Assembly: GCA_964057225.1 (NCBI GenBank)
Contig: OZ059895.1
Span: 14,508,001-14,572,000 of the forward strand
Length of the DNA: 64,000 nt
Source of the DNA: Auanema rhodensis
Taxonomy: Eukaryota > Animalia > Nematoda
Reading direction: 5' to 3'
Part shown: piece by piece, positions 58,193-64,000 of the stretch
How positions within the stretch are numbered: position 1 is the stretch's first letter
Layout of the letters: the number at the start of each line of letters is the position of its first letter
Translations under genes and position numbers: made by a program
The notes under the pieces: model-generated
The model's input: the letters and a program-made list of their open reading frames with translations, nothing else
Told to the model about the DNA's origin: nothing
Database searches by the model: none

Positions 58193-59970
58193 TTACTTAG
58201 TATTATCTTCAATTATTTTTTTAACTTTCTCAGATATTTCCTTACTAGCAAACCGAACCAAGAATGTGCCCATTTCTTTTTCACTCAAAGGATAGATTAA
58301 CTGAAAATAAATAAAAAATTAGAAAAAGTTAGAGAAGAGCAGAACATACATTTAGCTTTTCACCCTTGGCATCATTTGGCACAGAATTGACCTTCATTGA
58401 AGTATTCATCGCAGCATTAACAAAAACATTACCTGAAGTAAATAAGAATGATGTATGGGAGAAATTCGAAAAGAAAAACCTGTAGCGGTGGCTGCTCTGA
58501 TAAGAACACTCTTTTTTCCATCTGTATCTTTTAAGTGCATTAAACCAACACCAAGCTTCTTGTATTCGCCATCAACTATTTTGAATACAGAGCATCTAAA
58601 AAATGGAATAGTTTATAATAACACTAATATCTGCTATACTTTGTGGAAAACATAGAGTCTGGGACTTCTTTTTCAACAATATCAACTTTAGGTGGGACGT
58701 ATTCTTCATCATCACCTCCTTTTTCGCCGCCAGCTGATGGGGCTGTAGTGGTGGCTGAAGAACCAAAACTAAATCCAGTGAATGGGGCAGGAGTGAAGCT
58801 GAAAAAAACAATAAATTGTAACTCAAATTGTCGAATTCAAATACCTGGGGAAAGAGGTAGAGGTAGTTGTTTGAGATCCGAATGATGGGAAGCCGAGTTT
58901 TGGAGCTCTGAACAAGAAATCAAGATTAAAGCTTCGAAAACGATAAACATACTCGTCCTTTTTCTCTGTAGATGCAGAGGAAGTTTCAGTGGCTGGCTTA
59001 GCACCGAATCCTCCAAAGGCGAAAAGAGGAGCGGCTTTAGTTTCCTCTTTCTTATCTTTCTTGCTTTCTTTATCTTCCTCCTCCTTTTCTTCTTCTTTCT
59101 TAGTATCTTTTGGTGGACCTCCGAAAGAAAAAGTAGAAGAAGGTGCTAGTCTAAAATCATTTGTATTTGTAAGTTCAGTTTATGTCAAACTTACGAAGGA
59201 TCCTTCTTAGACCAAAAACCAGGAGTAGGTTTGGGAAGGTTAATATTCACAGTAGGATATTTTGTTGCTTCTTCCTGTTCTCCTGAATAAGATATATGTG
59301 AAGGAGATTATAAAGCTTTCATTTACCGCTATTTCCCCCACTTCCTTTGAAAATAACTTTCTCTTCTCCACCTAAAAGACCACCTCCACGGATTGCTCGT
59401 TTGCCTCTAGTGGTAGCAGGAGTTGGTGCTGAGATCGTTGGAGTGGCTGTGGAATCAAATATTTCTGATACATTTCTGAAACGAAAAAAATGTAAAATAA
59501 GAAATGTAATACAACAAATACTACCCAAAAGCAAAGCTTCTTCTTGGTGGATCAACGGCAGGTGTTGAAATATTCGGAATAGTTTTGCCATTTTCCCCTG
59601 CAGGATCAATTGAATCCCGATTAAGTCTTCTTTTAGCTTTGACAATGGTTCGTCCACTATTACTGCATTCAACAGAGGTTTGATTCATAGAGTATAATTT
59701 GGAAAGATGACTGATATGTTCAATATAAGATTTTACTGTATCGGTCTAAACGAATTCTATAATAAAAATAGAATTTGTTTTCACCTACGAAATCATAATG
59801 AGGAGTCTGTTCCATCCATTTTTGGAGTTGTTTAATGAATTGTTTATTCAAAGTAGCTACCTAAATCATTGATTTAGTCCGCTACAGTCTGAATAATAAG
59901 CAACCTTTTCATTATATTGAAGTGCACGTAAACGGTTAGTGGATGTGTTCGATAAATCATCCGCAGCCAT
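58193..59970 (-). CDS. npp-16: Nucleoporin NUP50 (FG repeats + C-terminal Ran-binding domain)
   Basis: VATLNKQFIKQLQKWMEQTPHYDFTDTVKSYIEHI helix region; TIVKAKRR; FAFG/FSFG repeats; RanBD YKKLGVGLMHLK...VLIRAATATGNVFVN. Confidence 0.85.
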
Positions 59971-60132
59971 AGCCAAAAAATGCATATTATGCTTACATAT
60001 ATTCAATAACAGTGGAACCAAATAATATTCGTTGAGTACGACTTGATATCAAACAAAAAAAAATCAAAAACGTTTATTCGACTTGATAAACGGAGCTATT
60101 ACAATCGCAGCTGTGAACTAAATCCTAAGAAT

Positions 60133-60520
60133 CTATTTGCGTTCACGGTAGAACTTGGGTGGACGGAGAGCCTCGAGAGAGAAAACATCTTCGTAAATGG
60201 CCTAGAAATTATCAATTTAATTGGAAACAACTACTACACCGCTTACATAAGTGAAGGACAGAACGAAAGCAGTAACTCCGACAGCCATCATGGCGTTAAA
60301 CTTGGCGTTAAGTTCTCCGTGAACCTAATTTGCTTAATAATTTCACGAAAAGTATTTACTGATATACCTGTTTGTAAGATTGGTGGGGAATTGGCATCAG
60401 GTCAAAGGTGCATGGAGGTCCTGGGTTGACAACCTCGTGGTGTCCTCCTGAACCATTACGCTGAGTCTGCTTGAATACACGGCGGAGAGCCAAGAAGCGA
60501 GAAGCAACAGCACGATTCAT
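60133..60520 (-). CDS. Small mitochondrial single-pass protein, deltamethrin-resistance prag01 / invertebrate COX7B-like
   Basis: Three exons: Arg-rich presequence MNRAVASRFLALRRVFK, PCTFDLMPIPHQSYKQVHGELNAKFN, then a TM helix; high codon bias. Confidence 0.75.
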
Positions 60521-61141
60521 ACCTAAGAAGCAATTAAATAATAAGAATAATTATAGGGAACGAAAAAAATTTCAAATTATATTAGCATCACCATGAGAGT
60601 GATACAAATAAGAGAGAGCGGTAAATATTGTTTACAGAAAAAATTCTGCGAATTTCCTAATATAGATGATTAAAAAATAACGTTCGTAGTTAAATACAAG
60701 ATTTAAAATTAATAAAATAAATATGAAACATAAAGATATATTCTGTATTGATTTTAACAGCAACGGCAGATCGTTCTGCGTATACCTCGTTTGATTTAAA
60801 TTAAAAAGCTATATATTGATTGAAAAATGCTTTATATGAATTTTGAATGAGAAACATCCTTCTCTAAGAGCTGAATAATATGTTTATTGTTTATTTGCAT
60901 AATAATGATTATTAACGATATAATTACAAACTTAGAAGTAATTTAATATGAAAATTAATATTTTCAAAAAATTAAATTGGCTTACGGTGAACTTTATCGT
61001 TCACTTCCCCTTTTCCCCTACCGTAAATTTTATTTTTTATATTTATTGTAAATGCTGCTGAATATTTATTTTATTACTATTATTGGTAAAACCTTAACTT
61101 AAACTCTTCAAAAAATTCGAAATTTTATAGCATAGGTCAAA

Positions 61142-61982
61142 ATGATGCAGGATCCCAATCAACACGGTAATCAACATGACATGATAGTTGATCACCACCA
61201 TGGAATAGAAGAGGAAAAAGTTCATCTTGATCACGGTGATAATGATCACCATAGTATGCCTTTACAAGAATTCCCATGCCCTGTAAAAATTATTCATATA
61301 AACTCTTTAACTAATTGTTTTATTTATAGGTGGACCTTAGTAGACTGGACGCTACTTCACGGAATATGATTTTAGATCTTCAAAGACAATGGTGTGTAGA
61401 TTATCAATACTCTAGGGAAAAGTTATTAGTGGATATGACCGAAAAGGTACTTTGCATTTACAACACTTATTTAATTTGGTTTTGTTTAGCTTCATCAAGA
61501 ATTTTTATCCGACCAGCAGAAAATTAGAACCGATTTGTTAACACAGTTTAAAGAAGAACTAGATGGCACCAGGTACTAAAGTATTTATCACACAATTAAC
61601 TTTGTTCAACTTCTGTAGGCATGAATTGGAATCGAAGTACAGGGATACATTAAAAACAGAAGTCGCCAAAGTTCAGGAAAAACATAAACGGGAGATACAA
61701 AGTGCGAAAAAAAAGCAATGGTGCTGGCAATGTGAAAATGAGGTATAGGTTTAGCTTACCGACGTAATCCTAATGTTATACTCATTTGAGGCTATATATC
61801 ACTGCTGTTGGAATACTGCCTACTGTAGCGTGGAATGTCAGCAAAGTCATTGGCATCTTCATAGAAAGTTCTGTCGTAGAAAAAAACAGCAACAGCAAAC
61901 CCAACCAGGTTCAGGGAGTAATCCAGGTTCTGCTAACACGTCTACAACCGGGAATACGAGCGGGAGTGGTCGTCCTGTATAA
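61142..61982 (+). CDS. BRA-1/BRA-2-like (BS69/ZMYND11 C-terminal) MYND zinc finger protein
   Basis: Coiled coil followed by [44 protein letters not shown]. Confidence 0.9.
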
Positions 61983-62255
61983 TAATGCCTTCAGTTTTGT
62001 TTCCGTTTGATCTCATTTATCCTGTCTTATCATAGTTGGACTTTAATGTTTGTAGATAATTCGCAACTTATATTGTTAATTTGTACATTTGTTATTCTTC
62101 TACACTTTTTTTGATATAATAATTATGTATATCCCATTACGTGTATAAAACTTACACACTACTCATTACTTGCACTTACCCAATAAGGTCTCAGAATTTC
62201 CTCAATATCTTCTTTGTTTTCTTTCCTTGTTGATGATCATTTTATTATTATTCAG

Positions 62256-63304
62256 ATGAGAGCTAGTGGCAGCGGCTATACGCCGTATGCTTTGTATCCC
62301 CCTAATAAACAAGCTGTCAAATGTGTTAAAAGGTAATAAAGACGTTTTATTTTCCGTCTATGTTCTATTATTGTGCTATTTAAGAACAACTGAGAATAGA
62401 CCTAATGTTCAAGTAGTCACCTATGTTTATGAAGAAGATGGTTCAAATAAAATTACTTTACTAAAGGTATGTCTATATTATCATAAATATTGTTATAGTT
62501 TTCTATTAGGCTGTTCCGCCGATTGATATTCCGCTCAAAGAAGACGAGGAATCAGCTAGTTTATTAGATAGTTCGATACAAGACGATCCAAACATTATAA
62601 AAGAGGAGGATGATCGCCTAGGGGAACCCTTATCTCTTGATTCTAAATCAGTTCCTCAAGTAGCTGCTTTTGAAGAAGTTTCTGAACCTTCTTGCTCTAA
62701 TAATCAACAAGGACAAGGACCACCAATTCATAGATATCCTAAGTTTGATTATTATAATTGTTCTTGAATTATGCCTGCTTTATCAGAACTTATGTTGAAC
62801 GTAGTCGTCGTTGGACTTACAAAAGTGAAGCTTCAGTAGCAACGGCTGATGAAGATGGGTATGTTACTTTCTGTCGTTTTGAATTTTTGATTCATGAATT
62901 GTCTTTAAGCCAATTGTATTATAATCCTGATCCATATCGCCCAGCCCCTCCAGCTAAAGGTGCTCCAAGTACTTTAACTCGTATGCATTATGCCGCCCAA
63001 AGAATAGATAATCGCAAATATAGGTTGGAATTATTTTCACTTTTTGCAAAAACTTGTTTTTCAGGGGTCAGAGGACTAAAGCAAGGGCAACTAATCAAAT
63101 GGAAAGTGCCTCTTGTGATAGGTATAGCATTTACGCAAGTTATCGTCAAATTTCTCACGTTTCAGGTGTAAAATGCGTTTCTTTCTTCCATACAATCACT
63201 TTCGATCTCATATATCATATGCTCTTTCAACAAATAGATATGCTTTACCGCTCACCTTTTTCAACTGTCCAGTTTGTCATGCAGATACTCAAATTTTTAT
63301 GTAA
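62256..63304 (+). CDS. Unknown protein with C-terminal CxxC...CxxC putative zinc ribbon
   Basis: TTCAG directly before the ATG; seven exons splice in frame; ends SCDRCKMRFFLP...FFNCPVCHADTQIFM*. Confidence 0.7.
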
Positions 63305-63434
63305 TTGATATATATATATATGTTATAAAGTTTTATTGTTTTATCTTATATAGTTTTTGGATTGCTATGAAACGTTCTCGTTGTCGTATGCTTACGCAGT
63401 AATGTGGATTGTTTTTCTAATTGAATATTAAAGG

Positions 63435-64000
63435 ATGAGATCGATTCCATCCAAGACAATCCCGAAGAGTACAGTTACTGCTTCCCCTTCAGTGATGCTT
63501 CGGCGAACTGGGCTTTTAGATAAGTAGGTAGAACAAAACAACTTTTCAATGTTTTGTGTTTTCTTAGATCCGATGGGGGACGAGTTCTATCTTCTCCTCG
63601 ATCACTGCGTCTCGCAGCACCAAAATCTGTTGTGGCTCAACAGATTCTTCGAAGAAATGAACCTCGAACTCAGACTCCTAGGCGACCACGACCCAGCTTG
63701 AATACCGCTATCCAGCAAACACCTGTTCAGAAAAAGCCGTCACCAAAAACTAAAACAATTACCATTATAGTAAGCGTTGACAAAGTGTATCTTAACAGCA
63801 GGTTTTCAGGATGAAGAAGCAAAAGAAAAGTTGTTGGTAGCTAGAGAGCTATTATCAGCTACGAAAGAAGAACTACAAGCAACACTTCTCGAGCTAGAAG
63901 AGGTTTTTGTGAAATATCTCTCGTTCAATATGAGAAAGTAGAATTGTAGACTAGACGTACTCTTGACTGTATGAAAGAAAAATATGAACAAGCTGTTGAA
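63435..64000 (+). CDS. Partial gene: basic S/T-P-rich N-terminus followed by coiled coil (runs off the window)
   Basis: MRSIPSKTIPKST...SPRSLR...TPRRPRPS...TPVQKKPSPK then DEEAKEKLLVAREELSATKEELQ. Confidence 0.65.

Overview
AT-rich eukaryotic genomic DNA from a rhabditid-type nematode. It is gene-dense, with ~35-60 nt GT-AG introns, several operon-like gaps of 130-275 bp and abundant (GA)n microsatellites. I spliced about 18 protein-coding genes by hand: a coiled-coil protein ending in a dynein-light-chain-like domain, an unknown secreted protein, ZAK MAP3K, a Str-superfamily chemoreceptor, an S9 peptidase (dpf-4-like), ALDH7A1/alh-9, pde-2, xylulokinase, ZNF830, a triple-NADAR protein (sna-3), rps-3, RidA, SETD9, an MSP-domain protein, NUP50/npp-16, a prag01/COX7B-like protein, a BRA/MYND protein, an unknown zinc-ribbon protein, plus one truncated coiled-coil gene. 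There are two tRNAs (Lys-CTT inside a ZAK intron, and Ile-AAT), an internally deleted mariner with both TIRs, a related MITE-like relic and an interleaved inverted-repeat cluster. The most exotic architecture (triple NADAR) matches a described nematode trans-splicing factor. The best candidates for undescribed biology are the coiled-coil/LC8-like fusion, cryptic frame-restoring exons in the pde-2 GAF intron, dual trans-splice acceptors that could switch alh-9 between mitochondrial and cytosolic forms, and two orphan proteins. Gene boundaries come from manual splicing and orthology from recalled motifs; no database search was run.
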